Below are positions 42,431-53,906 of a stretch of DNA of 64,000 nucleotides, piece after piece. Each line of letters opens with the position of its first letter. The first letter of the stretch is position 1. A model generated the notes under the pieces. It was not told the origin of the DNA. It searched no databases and saw only the letters and a list, made by a program, of their open reading frames with translations. The stretch lies in assembly GCA_951406725.2 (NCBI GenBank), contig OX597825.1, forward strand, positions 9,114,001-9,178,000. Direction: 5' to 3'. Source of the DNA: Octopus vulgaris. Its lineage: Eukaryota. Both the position numbers and the translations under genes were made by a program.

Positions 42431-43005
42431 ATTGTTTTAGTCTTTTATTCGTGAGTAGCATTGACATAGTTCTCCCCAGCTGCCAGTTAGTCATACGGCA
42501 ATACAGGTAAATTAGTACAAGGGTGTTTATACTAATGGAAACTAATTTGACTGTATGTTATTAGTTGTTTGAATGTGCGATTTGGGAGGTGTAGTTGAAG
42601 AATGGAACTCTAAAAAAAATTATGACCAAATCATTGAAGAATTAGGAATTATCATTATTAGATGCTAGAAGTGTCAGAACATATACATAATGATCGCAGA
42701 AATATGTGCACATATTTGAAATTCACAAATGCAATTACTACAGACGGTCGCGCAAATTGCCATGTTGTTACGGTTATGTGGTAATTCTTTAATAATTTTT
42801 GTATATTTCCTTCTTTCAGCCTTCAAAATACTCCCACAATCTCGTTTATTCAAAATTTAATGAAAACCTTCTTTCCGTGAATTTAGTTTTCCTTAATCAC
42901 CATATAAACTAACTGTAAAGAATTCCAGTTTATCGAACAATACATGTGTGCATGTGGTTACATGTCTGAGAGTGTATGTGTGTGTGTTTATATAAAAGTA
43001 TGACT

Positions 43006-43237
43006 AAGGCGGCGAGCTGGCAGAAACGTTAGCACGCCGGGCGAAATGCTTAGCGGTATTTCGTCTACCGTTACGTTCTGAGTTCAAATTCCGCCGAGGT
43101 CGGTTTGCCTTTCATCCTTTCGGGGTCGATAAATTAAGTACAAGTTACGCAATGGGGTCGATGTAATCGACTTAATCCGTTTGTCTGTCCTTGTTTGTCC
43201 CCTCTGTGTTTAGCCCCTTGTGGGTAGTAAAGAAATA
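43006..43237 (+). mobile_element. Full-length young SINE-A with 17-bp TSD
   Basis: TATATAAAAGTATGACT at 42989-43005 and 43238-43254; A box TGGCAGAAACGTT, B box GAGTTCAAATTCC. Confidence 0.95.
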
Positions 43238-43954
43238 TATATAAAAGTATGACTGCATGCGCTCAGCACACCACAATTAATTTAGGTTTCGGTTCTTACT
43301 TTTAATCGCGTTAAACTCCCACCGTTGCGTATTTACACGGATCCTGCACAGTCTGATGTGGACTATAACGTAATAGAGGGCTACGTTAATAATAAAAGGA
43401 AAAAGAAAAACATGGGCTTGAAACTGGAACTCCTTTATTTCATCTGTTACATGTGTATCAACATTCTGTAGCACAGGATGCCACGCGGTAGATACAACCC
43501 ATAAATGTACAATAATGTGGCAATATGAATAAGCAAACATATCTTCAGACAGAAACGAGAAATATAACTGAAACATGTAGTACCGGAACTTGAATACTGA
43601 GCAGGCGTAGATAGGGTAGGAACGTGGAAGGGGAGAGGAGTATGATCACGGCCCTGCATCTATAAAGGTGGAATAGTGTTAGTAAGAATAGGTTTGAATC
43701 GCTGACCACGTAAACAGGCAGCACTTGTGAGGCCTTGCGACAGAGGGGAGAGGATAAGGGCGTGTGTACAAAAACAATTGCTGATGAAATAGGTCAAGGC
43801 AATGTGGGTGTTAAGAGAAGAGACGCTGGTAAGGTCTGTGGCGTCTCTATTGATAGACTTAACTGGTCGGGCACATACCAACACACACACAGAAAAGAGT
43901 ACTGATACACATTTAAGATGCTTACGCTTAGAGATATACCCAAAGAAACTTAGA

Positions 43955-44015
43955 TATATACCTATCTACATACACACAGATACATGCACCTACATATACA
44001 TACATACATACATAT

Positions 44016-44092
<77 letters not shown>
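43955..44092. repeat. (TA)n microsatellite
   Basis: Direct inspection. Confidence 0.95.
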
Positions 44093-44094
<2 letters not shown>

Positions 44095-44096
44095 GT

Positions 44097-44340
44097 GAAG
44101 TATCTTTGCCAATTAAATGTGGCTAACCATTAAGGGTGGATGCTACTGTAGCTTGTAGTCCCAGGAGAACATCTTCTCCAGCTGGCTATTGACACACTTT
44201 CTGTGTCCTATCAGTATTTGCAAAGGGAGGTCATCCTTCCCTCGTCAACCTAAGTGATACGCACGGACTGCAGTTGCTGGGCATTGACCCGTCATCAGCG
44301 CACGACAATCACCGGTTTTCGATGGAAGGGTCCCAATGCA
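44097..44340 (-). mobile_element. PLE-like terminal repeat with two hammerhead-like motifs; homologous to the 51329-51570 arms
   Basis: 44097-44220 matches the left arm of the 51.3 kb hairpin; minus-strand CTGATGA motif at 44260-44304 and CTGATAG...GAAA...GTC motif near 44190-44216; abuts (TA)n. Confidence 0.65.
44260..44304 (-). ncRNA. Hammerhead ribozyme motif with GCAA in place of GAAA (probably inactive)
   Basis: CGTGCG-CTGATGA-CGGGtcaatgCCCA-GCAA-CTGCAG-TC|CGTGCG; 6-bp stem I with two GU pairs; palindromic stem III ACTGCAGT. Confidence 0.65.
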
Positions 44341-45457
44341 AATACATATATCCTTTTTCCAGTAACTTTTCGTCACTGATCTTGAAAAAAGTATATACAA
44401 GCAATAATAATTCTCTGAACGAGGTATAGACAGTGACTGCCCGACAATGTGAAGTATATTTCTTTACAAGTTGCACTCTTATTAAAATAAGTTGTTCCGA
44501 GACGTGGAAAGCCTCCCAAGATTCAACAAATGCAGCAATACACACTTTGGATAGTCAACAAATGCATCCTAAACAGTAAGAGAGAATCTTGAAAATGAAC
44601 TTAGCAGTAAGTTTTTCAGAGTACAGCACTAACCAAATCGATTAAGACAAATCTATCCATGAGACTTTTCTATTTAAATCCATCACAATTCGTTTGAAGT
44701 TTTAGACTTCGAAACATCCCAAACAAAATCCTTCAATACGAAAGAACAGTCAGTATTTTAAAACTATTGAAACAAACAAAATGTACAGTGCCGTAAAATC
44801 ACAAAATTAGTTTGGAAAATACTTTCATATTCACTGAGAAGACCCGAATACGTATGCAACTCACTAGAGCAAGATTTTACGACATAAAACGATACACTCA
44901 AATGCCAAACCCGATGTTTAAAATGCACTAAACAGATTAACAAAATATCTAACCACACAACTTGAAATATAATACAGGACTGAATCATAGTATAACGAAT
45001 ATTCATTATACCTAATCGCTTCTCTAAATCTTCTCAGGTCTCAAATGCAGACACAAAACTCACGGAAGAAGACCAAAACATGGCGACTAGAATAATTCCA
45101 AGGAAACACAGCTCCAAAATGTTAAAAACAAGAATTATACAATGCAAATATAGCTACTCTATAGATTGTTTAAACAACATAAAAGAAAATGTATTAATTC
45201 ACATTATTTCAATCAATTCACTCTTTTGTTGTTGTCTATCGGAACATCTCTGTTACGAAAAGGACTTGTGTTTGCTCAGAGACGGATAACGATCAGCAAA
45301 TGAATTAATTATGCACAGAATGATATCCTTCATTTCCATTAACAACTTGGCTTCTGTAAAACAATAAAAATGGAATATGTTTTCTACTGCCATAGATTAC
45401 TACAGATTTCGCCGGAATGTATTGGTTTTAAACACAGCTCGTCCATAAGAGACATTT

Positions 45458-45982
45458 GTTTCTTTATTACCCACTGGGGGCTAAAGATACAGGGGACAAA
45501 CAAGGACAGACAAAGGGATTGAGTCGATTACATCGACCCCCAATCCGTAACTGGTACTTATTTAATCGACCCCGAAAGGATGAAAGTTAAAGTCGACCTC
45601 GGCGAAATTTGAACTCAGAACGTAACGGCAGACGAAATGCCTATTTCTTTACTACCCACAAGGGGCTAAACAGCGGACGAAATACGTATTTCTTTATTAC
45701 CCACAAGGGGCTAAACACAGAGGGGACAAACAAGGACAGACATAGGTATTAAGTCGATTACATCGACCCCAGTGCGTAACTGGTACTTAATTTATCGACC
45801 CCGAAAGGATGAAAGGCAAAGTCGACCTCGGCGGAATTTGAACTCACAACGTAACGCAGACGAAATACCGCTAAGCATTTCGCCCGGCGTGCTAACGTTT
45901 CTGCCAGCTCACCGCCTTCAGCGGACGAAATACCGCTAAGCATTTCGCCCGGCGTGCTAATGTTTCTGCCAGCTCACCGCAT
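45458..45982 (-). mobile_element. Nested and multimeric SINE-A cluster
   Basis: Outer TSD TAAGAGA(C/T)ATTT at 45446-45457 and 45983-45994; inner full copy 45687-45918 with TSD CAGCGGACGAAATAC at 45671-45685 and 45919-45933. Confidence 0.92.
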
Positions 45983-46177
45983 TAAGAGATATTTACGCAA
46001 TGGGAAACCGCAGTGAGATATCTGCCAACGATGTATATACATTAAATGTAATATAGTCACTGTTATTCAAGTTATTACTACATCACCTGCGTCAACTGGA
46101 TTATTCATACAGCCCGGCAACTATTCGCAATATAAATGAATGAGAAAATTATAATTTCCTATATCGTAGGCGACAGA

Positions 46178-46224
46178 TCATATATGTATACATACATGCA
46201 TACATACATACATACATACATACA

Positions 46225-46309
<85 letters not shown>

Positions 46310-46338
46310 ATAAGTGTGTGTGTTTGCGTGTATATATT

Positions 46339-46371
<33 letters not shown>
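46178..46371. repeat. (TACA)n/(TA)n microsatellite
   Basis: Direct inspection. Confidence 0.95.
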
Positions 46372-46373
<2 letters not shown>

Positions 46374-46422
46374 AAATCAAATTGCGATAAAATAAAAATA
46401 ATTATTATCGCTGGTATTACTA

Positions 46423-46738
46423 ACTCCGTGCCGGTGGCACATAAAAAGCACCATCCGAACGTGGCCGATGCCAGCGCCGCCTTGGCTGGCTTCCGTGCCG
46501 GTGGCACGTTAAAAAGTACCAACTGATCGTGGCCGATGCCAGACTCCCCTGGCACCTGTGCAGGTGGCAAGTAAAAAGCACCCACTAAACTCGCGGAGTG
46601 GTTGGCGTTTGGAAGGGCATCCAGCTGTAGAAACACTGCCAGATCAGACTGGAGTCTGGTGCAGCCTTCTGGCTTCCCAGACCGCCCCGTCGAACCGTCC
46701 ATCCCGTGCTAGCGCGGAAAACGGAGGTTGATCGATGT
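46423..46738 (+). mobile_element. 5'-truncated SINE-like element with three tandem units of about 65 bp
   Basis: Three GTGCCGGTGGCAC(N)TAAAAAGCACC units, then TTGGCGTTTGGAAGGGCATCCAGCTGTAGAAAC, a motif recalled from RTE-mobilised SINEs; GC-rich island. Confidence 0.7.
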
Positions 46739-46840
46739 TTCTTTTTTTCCCCCTCTTTATCAGAAAAGGTGCGTCCGGTAGTTCGCAGCAGGATAGACAC
46801 GGTATAAAGAAGACGGTATAAAACAAAGCTTTATAATACA

Positions 46841-47068
46841 TATTTCTTTATTACCCACAAGGAGCTAAACACAGAGAGGACAAACAAGGACAGACATAGG
46901 TATTAAGTCGATTACATCGACCCCAGTGCGTAACTGGTACTTATTTAATCGACCCCGAAAGGATGAAAGGCAAAGTCGACCTCGGCGGGATTTGAACTCA
47001 GAACGTAACGCAGACGAAATACCGCTAAGCATTTCGCCCGGCGTGCTAACGTTTCTGCCAGCACCGCC
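46841..47068 (-). mobile_element. Full-length SINE-A
   Basis: Near-identical to 45687-45918. Confidence 0.93.
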
Positions 47069-47851
47069 ATATCCAAAGCGTACTCTTCTTACCTGATTAA
47101 TGATCCAGCGTTGGAAACGAGCTTTTTTTAAATAGCTATTGCTAGAAATAATATTACTGAATTATTATAGTAACTGCATCTGTTTTCATATTACTGAAAA
47201 CTATCAGATGCGTCCATTTTGTTCCGAATATCTTGTCTCCAATATCATTACTATTTATTACGTATAAATACATTTGGCATTCACGCACTTCTGCTATTTT
47301 CCTAAACATATAAGTGTGCGCACGCGCGTGTGTGTGTGTCTGTGTGTGCGTATATATGTGGATGTTTGTATATATATATTTGTTTGTGCATATATATACA
47401 TATATCATTGATATGATATATTTACATACAAACGTATATGTCAAAGCAATACCGAATTGCCATACACCCATATTAATATGTGTATACGGAGATATGTAGT
47501 TGTGTGTGTGTGTGTGTATGTGTGTGCTTGTATGTGTGTGTGCATGTGGGTGTTATATTCTTATCCGCTATCAAGCAGCTGCAACAAATATTCTCCTCTT
47601 TATCTTGATAATCAATGTATTATCTTTAGCAATATCATCAAAATCATCGAGAACGTTATCAGCACGCTCATCGCTATCTCTGTTGTGGTGTATGATTGAT
47701 ATCTTCGTTTGAGACAAGATTAATAGAAGCCTATAAGGAACCATGGTATTGTAACAAAACTTTGAATGCATGTACTAACGCACAATGATACACATATATA
47801 TATATATATGCAATCTGTGTAAGAACATACATGCATGCGTTGTATATTCAT

Positions 47852-47854
<3 letters not shown>

Positions 47855-47944
<90 letters not shown>

Positions 47945-48038
47945 TTATATATATACACACACACATATATATATATATACATGAATATACATATATATAT
48001 ATATATTTGTAAGTATGTAAATGAATATATGCATATAT

Positions 48039-48131
<93 letters not shown>

Positions 48132-48152
48132 TATATGAATGTATGTACGTAT
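47855..48152. repeat. (TA)n-dominated tract
   Basis: Direct inspection. Confidence 0.95.
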
Positions 48153-48435
48153 ACGATTGAGGAGATAAACGAAAGAAGGCGGCATTCAATACGTTTGGCA
48201 AGAGTTGCATATTTTTTTCATAAAATGTTTGACTCAACTTTGTGCGACTTCAGAAGCTGCGTTAGGCGCATCCATCTAATCAGAGATCGGAAGATTCTTC
48301 TCCTGTTATCCGATAAGATGAACGCGTCCTACGCACACATGAAACAGTAAGTCATATGGACCTGAGTCACCTATATAGATAACCGATCTATAGGTGCAGA
48401 AACATTGGTCACTCACTGACAAGTCACGAGAGACA

Positions 48436-48467
<32 letters not shown>

Positions 48468-48471
<4 letters not shown>

Positions 48472-49195
48472 AATGATGGCCGTCCACTCGTGACCGAGGA
48501 AGACCATTGCCGACCTTCAGGAACATTGTGCGCTCTATGACTAACTTATATTTTGCATTTGCGGCTCCGTCGGTGGCTAATGAGCCCTGCTCTTGACAAG
48601 CATACACGACTGCAAATATTGTAGACCAAGCTTTCCCACATTCACTATACGAGCCGTGCGCTTTCGCGCAGCTCGCTTAAGTTATTCATGCTGGATACGT
48701 TCTCTCTCAAAAGTGTCGATCTCCTCCTTAACCTGCTTCCTCCATCTGTAGCGATGACAGGCTTTGTTCTCCCAGTCAGTGTCCTGCATATCAAAGGCCT
48801 TTAATGAGGACTTGACACAGTCCTTAATCGCAGCCTTGGTTTCTACCGGAGTCTCCTTCCATTCACAAGTTCTCCATAGAGCATCTGCTTAGGAATCCTT
48901 CTATCCTTCATTCTAATAAGGTGTTCAGTCCAACGCCACCGGTGCTTGTGTACCATCGCCTCAATACTCAAGATATCAGCTGTCCTCAGGATCTGTGTGT
49001 CTGGAACTTTTGAGGTCCAGCCAATATTGAGAATGTGTCTGAGACATCTCTGATGAAAACGTTCAAGGACCCTTACCTGACGTTTGTACAGAGTCCATGT
49101 CTCTCGTGAGTAGAGAAGCGATTTCAGTACACAAGCAAGGTACACAGCAACTTTTGTTCTCCTTGCGATGCCATGTTGGGACCAGACACGAAGAG
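48468..49195 (-). mobile_element. 5'-truncated RTE (BovB-like) LINE
   Basis: VYLACVLKSLLYSRETWTLY...ERFHQRCLRHILNIGW...VPDTQIL...RWRWTEHLIRM...RIPKQMLYGEL; ATC/TA tail. Confidence 0.9.
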
Positions 49196-49197
49196 AC

Positions 49198-49812
49198 CTC
49201 AGAACAACACTAAGTGAAAGACAATGTCCACCTCCACTTATAGACGGTGGAATTACCCGTGCTAAGAAGTTTCACATTAAAACACTCAGGGCAACAAAAC
49301 GTAACACCATACTCAATCTCAAAGCATAACTCTATGTATCAGCTCAGAACTCTAGAAACTATGAGTCATACAATTCTATTGTACAAAACGTACCTATGAT
49401 AACTAGAGATCCAAAAATGAACATTCTGAAAACATAAATTCATCAAATGTAACAAGCAACGCAAATCGCTAAAAAAACCTCTAACAAAAACATTACACAA
49501 TAACCACAAAATCAACGGAAAAAAATGTGATCGCCCAAACGGACGAACATGTCCCAACCTACTTGAAGTCTCGGAATTTCTATTTAAACAAGGAAAGAGG
49601 TTCACAATTGAAACCAACTTCACTTGTGCTTCTGAGAATCTAATTTATGTTATAACTAGTCAGGTTGTGGAAATAACTATGGTAGACAGACAAGTATGAC
49701 ACTGAGACGGAGAACCACGCTACTTGCCAGTGCAAAGAAACAATTTTTATACAAGTAAGTTTAAATAAGGAAAATTTGTTCATTGAAAAATACAAAACAT
49801 GTCTTAATATGA
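49198..49812 (+). mobile_element. Penelope-like element relic: RT thumb/linker plus C-terminal GIY-YIG endonuclease (Neptune-like)
   Basis: By-eye translation LRTTLSERQCPPPLIDGGI...KKCDRPNGRTCPNL...FTCASENLIYVIT-/-GCGNNYGRQTSMTLRRR...NKENLFIEKYKTCLN, with frameshifts and an internal deletion; absent from the ORF track. Confidence 0.82.
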
Positions 49813-50088
49813 ACGCATAACCAACTTTGATCTTAGACTATATTTTAATTCATGATCACATACCCATCACTGTACATATTTCTTCTCAATACCTCAGCTT
49901 TTACGTTCTTCTGTATATGTATCCCCTTCTCGAAAGATGAACAAGTACCTCCCCTGTCCCCCAAAATAACGATCACCAATTTACGTCCCTTCAGATTTTT
50001 CTACTTGCTGAATTATTCATTCATAAACTTCTCCACACACAACACGCATTTAAATCTTCTTAATAAAATACGAAATTACAATAATTTT

Positions 50089-50125
50089 TCTGCCATGATT
50101 AGCGAAAGCGAAACCGGTCGACAAA
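50089..50125 (+). ncRNA. Decayed hammerhead motif in the PLE 3' region
   Basis: TCTGCC-ATGATTA-GC gaaa GC-GAAA-CCGG-TC|GACAAA; palindromic ACCGGT stem III; two substitutions in CTGATGA. Confidence 0.6.
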
Positions 50126-50628
50126 CACAATATAAAATATATTTTAAAATATATTAAAACTATGTAAAGTGTGTGCATTTCCTTCTTTTATTTTATATAT
50201 ATCTTTTGCATTGAAACTTATCACGAGAGTTAATTAATCAATTGTCCGTCTTCCGGTTTTTCAACCTTCCACTCTTTCTTTATACTTCTTTCTCGCCTTT
50301 TATCGCTTCTTCTCTCGTTCCATATTTAGGTCGTTTGCGATGAGGGCAGTGCCTTATAACTGCGCCGAGATGCTAGACGTGTTATACAACAATGTTTAGC
50401 ATGTTCTCAGCACATGAAACTAAGTAGCATATAAAAATGTATTGTGCTTATTAAATAATATTTCTCTCTCACCAGCTGGAGTACTGTTTTTATTGATTTT
50501 ACCATTACAGAACGGTAACTATACATAGTGGAATGTCTTGGATTATATGATCCCTAATAAGGATTTGACTTCTACGAATTAATTGTGTGTGTATACATAT
50601 ATATATACATATATATATATAGATAGAT

Positions 50629-50946
50629 AGATAAATGAAAGAATGGAGTCGAACGACGATTTAACAAAATTCCTTTATTCTCGACACATGTTTCGAAGAC
50701 TGCATATTCTTAATTCTGAAGGAACAAAGGGTGCATTGTGCCGTCTTCTCATCAGGAAAGACAAGGATCTTATGTCAGCATCATGACGAACAAAAACTTT
50801 TAGATGATTGCCCACACGGAGTCCATAGTGATAAATGGATAAATTATCACTATGGACTCCGTGTGGGCAGTCATCTAAAAGACATGTGACGAGAATAAAG
50901 GCATTTTGTTAAATCGTCGTTCGACTCCATTCTTTCATTTATCTAT
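50629..50946. repeat. Asymmetric fold-back element adjoining (TA)n
   Basis: Outer IR 50629-50691/50882-50946; inner IR about 50798-50833/50844-50880; the left arm has about 105 extra nt. Confidence 0.93.
50678..50760 (-). ncRNA. Type-I hammerhead ribozyme motif with intact core
   Basis: CTTTC-CTGATGA-GAAGAC...GTCTTC-GAAA-CATGTG-TC|GAGAA: 6-bp stem II, palindromic ACATGT stem III, GUC triplet. Confidence 0.85.
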
Positions 50947-51095
50947 AGTAAAAAAACACACAAATTTCCACACGAAAGCACGTGATTTCTGCCCTTGGCA
51001 TATAGCTTCAACCGTGCTTTCTGACGTAAATTTGCTACCCGGGTATCGGTTAACCGAATTATCCATATGAGGTTAATTCATTCAACTACTTAAAC

Positions 51096-51097
<2 letters not shown>

Positions 51098-51179
<82 letters not shown>

Positions 51180-51227
51180 ATGTATGTATATGTATTATGT
51201 ACGTATGTATGTATGTATGTATGTATG

Positions 51228-51270
<43 letters not shown>

Positions 51271-51277
51271 ACATATC
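51098..51277. repeat. (TA)n/(TATG)n microsatellite
   Basis: Direct inspection. Confidence 0.95.
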
Positions 51278-51328
51278 AGTCAATCTCATGCAGATTCTTC
51301 ACCAGTTTACGTCCAACTGTACTAAAGA

Positions 51329-51570
51329 ACGTATATTTGCCATTTAAATATGGCTAACCCCTAAGAGTGGACGCTACTGTAGCTTGTAGCCCCAGGAGGA
51401 CACCTCCTCCAGCTGGCTTTAGACACACTTGCTGTACCCTATCAGTATTTTCACTGATAGGGCACAGAAAGTGTGTCTAAAGCCAGCTGGAGGAGGTGTC
51501 CTCCTGGGGCTACAAACTACAGTAGCATCCACCCTTAGGGGTTAGCTATATTTATAGGGCAAATATACGT
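51329..51570. repeat. Fold-back inverted repeat with arms of about 118 bp and a 6-nt loop
   Basis: ACGTATATTTGCC...CCCTATCAGT attttc ACTGATAGGG...GGCAAATATACGT. Confidence 0.95.
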
Positions 51571-52787
51571 CACGATGTGTTGCAGCTACTGTTTATAACT
51601 CTCTCTAACATTTATTACTCTACTAAAGAAATATATGATAATTTCCGGGAGAAATTTGCTCTCTGTATGGGATATATTGAATCAGGATAATTGTAGCAAA
51701 AATCTAAATGAATAGAGGATATATACTAAAAGAATACTTCTAATCCTTAGTTTCCAATATTAAAAGTTATATTTGAAATAGTTCCAGTAAGAATCCGGCT
51801 ACCTGCGCCAGGCTTTCTCCATTTTGGAGACGCAGTTTTGAGAGACGAAAATGTTGGTACCTTAGTACAAATGAATATTTAACTGAAAGTAACTGAAATA
51901 AATGTGTGTTTCTGAATGGCCAACTTGTCTCTACGCTGCAATCGCTTTATTTTCAGCACGTGATCTCAAAATATATACTATGCAAGTATATCTCCGTAAA
52001 ATTAGAAAATTTTAATGACCTATTTGCATATAAGTAAATCTAACTGAAAAACTAGTTGAATGCGAATTCATTAAGAGATTTCCTAATATTGTAATTTATG
52101 TTTGGCGATTGATATTATTATAAACTTATTAAGGATGTCAAATTTTTATTTCATTGTGGAATAGGTACTTCAGTGAAAATCTTTTCGACGTGTTTCGGGG
52201 AATGTGAGTAATACTAAGTATATATGTAATCCAACTTATACAATACGTATTGAAAACATAGTCGAATCTTCTAAGTGCAATTATGTTTATCTAAGCAGTG
52301 CCTACTAACTATCTATGTAATACAAACTTTCACATTATGTTTTGAGATTATTGTAGAATTTTGTACGTACAATTATTGATTGTTTATTCAAGCAGTAACT
52401 ACTAACTATCTGTATAATTTCAGCTTATACCATATGTATTGAGATTATTGTCAAATTATTTATGAAACCACGGGACTGTGTGCGTGTGTCCGACCTAACT
52501 ATCAGCATATATGGCAGACAGTATACTACTAGATACATACGTACCTTGAAAAGATACATAGCCGTATATACGTACGAATATATAGCTATGAATGCGTGGA
52601 AGAGTAAATATCTAGATATATATATGAGGATGCGAACTTATACACCATGAATATAGCTGCTTACACGTGGGCTTGTATATGTAAATAAATATATATGCAC
52701 AGAAATAAATGCATATGCGGGTGTGCGTGAGGATGTAGAAAAAACGCGTATGTACATATAAATATATGTACATGTATGCGTATATGT

Positions 52788-53173
52788 GGAAGCACTCCGT
52801 CGGTAACGACGATGAGGGTTCCGGTTGATCCGATCAACGGAACAGCCTGCTCGTGAAATTAACGTGTAAGTGGCTGAGCACTCCACACAAAACGTGTAAC
52901 CTTAACGCAGTTCTCGGGGATATTCAGCGTGACACAGAGAGAGTGACAAGGCCGGCCCTTTGAAATACAGGTACAACAGAAACAGGAAGTAAGAGTGAGA
53001 GAAATTTGTGGTGAAAGAGTACAGCAGGGATCACCACCATCCCCTGCCAGAGCCTCGTGGAGCTTTTTAGGTGTTTTCGCTCAATAAACACTCACAACGC
53101 CCGGTCTGGGAATCGAAACCGCGATACCACGACCGCGAGTCCGCTACCCTAACCACTGGGCCATTGCGCCTCC
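52788..53173 (-). mobile_element. Full-length tRNA-derived SINE (family C, tRNA-Arg-like head)
   Basis: GGAGGCGCAATGGCCCAGTGGTTAGG...GGTTTCGATTCCC head; 3' hairpin CGTCGTTACCGACG; TSD TGCGTATATGT at 52777-52787 and 53176-53186. Confidence 0.9.
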
Positions 53174-53227
53174 TGTGCGTATATGTATCTAAGTAAATAC
53201 TAGTATATGTGTGTGTGAGCGTGTGAA

Positions 53228-53545
<318 letters not shown>

Positions 53546-53820
53546 GAATGTTGAAAACGAACACATGAGTTGATATATATATGGAAAAAAGTCAAGGTAG
53601 AAAATGCTAAACTAATTTTTTAAAAAAACATTTCAGTACCAGTTTCGGACATTGATACTTTTTCAACTGTAAGTATGGAAAACAATTAAATTATAGAAAA
53701 AATTAAAAGAAAAGTATTTTGAAAGTTACTCAAATACAAGGGAGGATTCTTCTTGTTTCTGCCTGTCTCTGTCTCTCTTGTTTACACTTGTGTGTTCGAA
53801 GACGTTGGGAATTCTTGGCT

Positions 53821-53906
53821 GAGAAGAAGAAGAAGAAGAAGAAGAAGAAGAAGAAGAAGAAGAAGAAGAAGAAGAAGAAGAAGAAGAAGAAGAAGAAGAA
53901 GAAGAA
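53821..53906. repeat. (GAA)n microsatellite
   Basis: Pure GAA run of about 28 units. Confidence 0.98.

Noticed and set aside
43400-43890. Possible decayed CR1/Jockey-group LINE 3' end on the minus strand, and a CTGAAGA at about 43541-43547
   Set aside because: Protein similarity is too faint to support by eye; the CTGAAGA has no following GAAA or stem III.
44340-45300. A-rich stretch resembling a degraded LINE RT
   Set aside because: No unambiguous RT motif could be recovered.
46423-46585. CRISPR-like repeat-spacer appearance
   Set aside because: Only three units, spacers are related to each other, the context is a eukaryotic SINE, and there are no cas genes.
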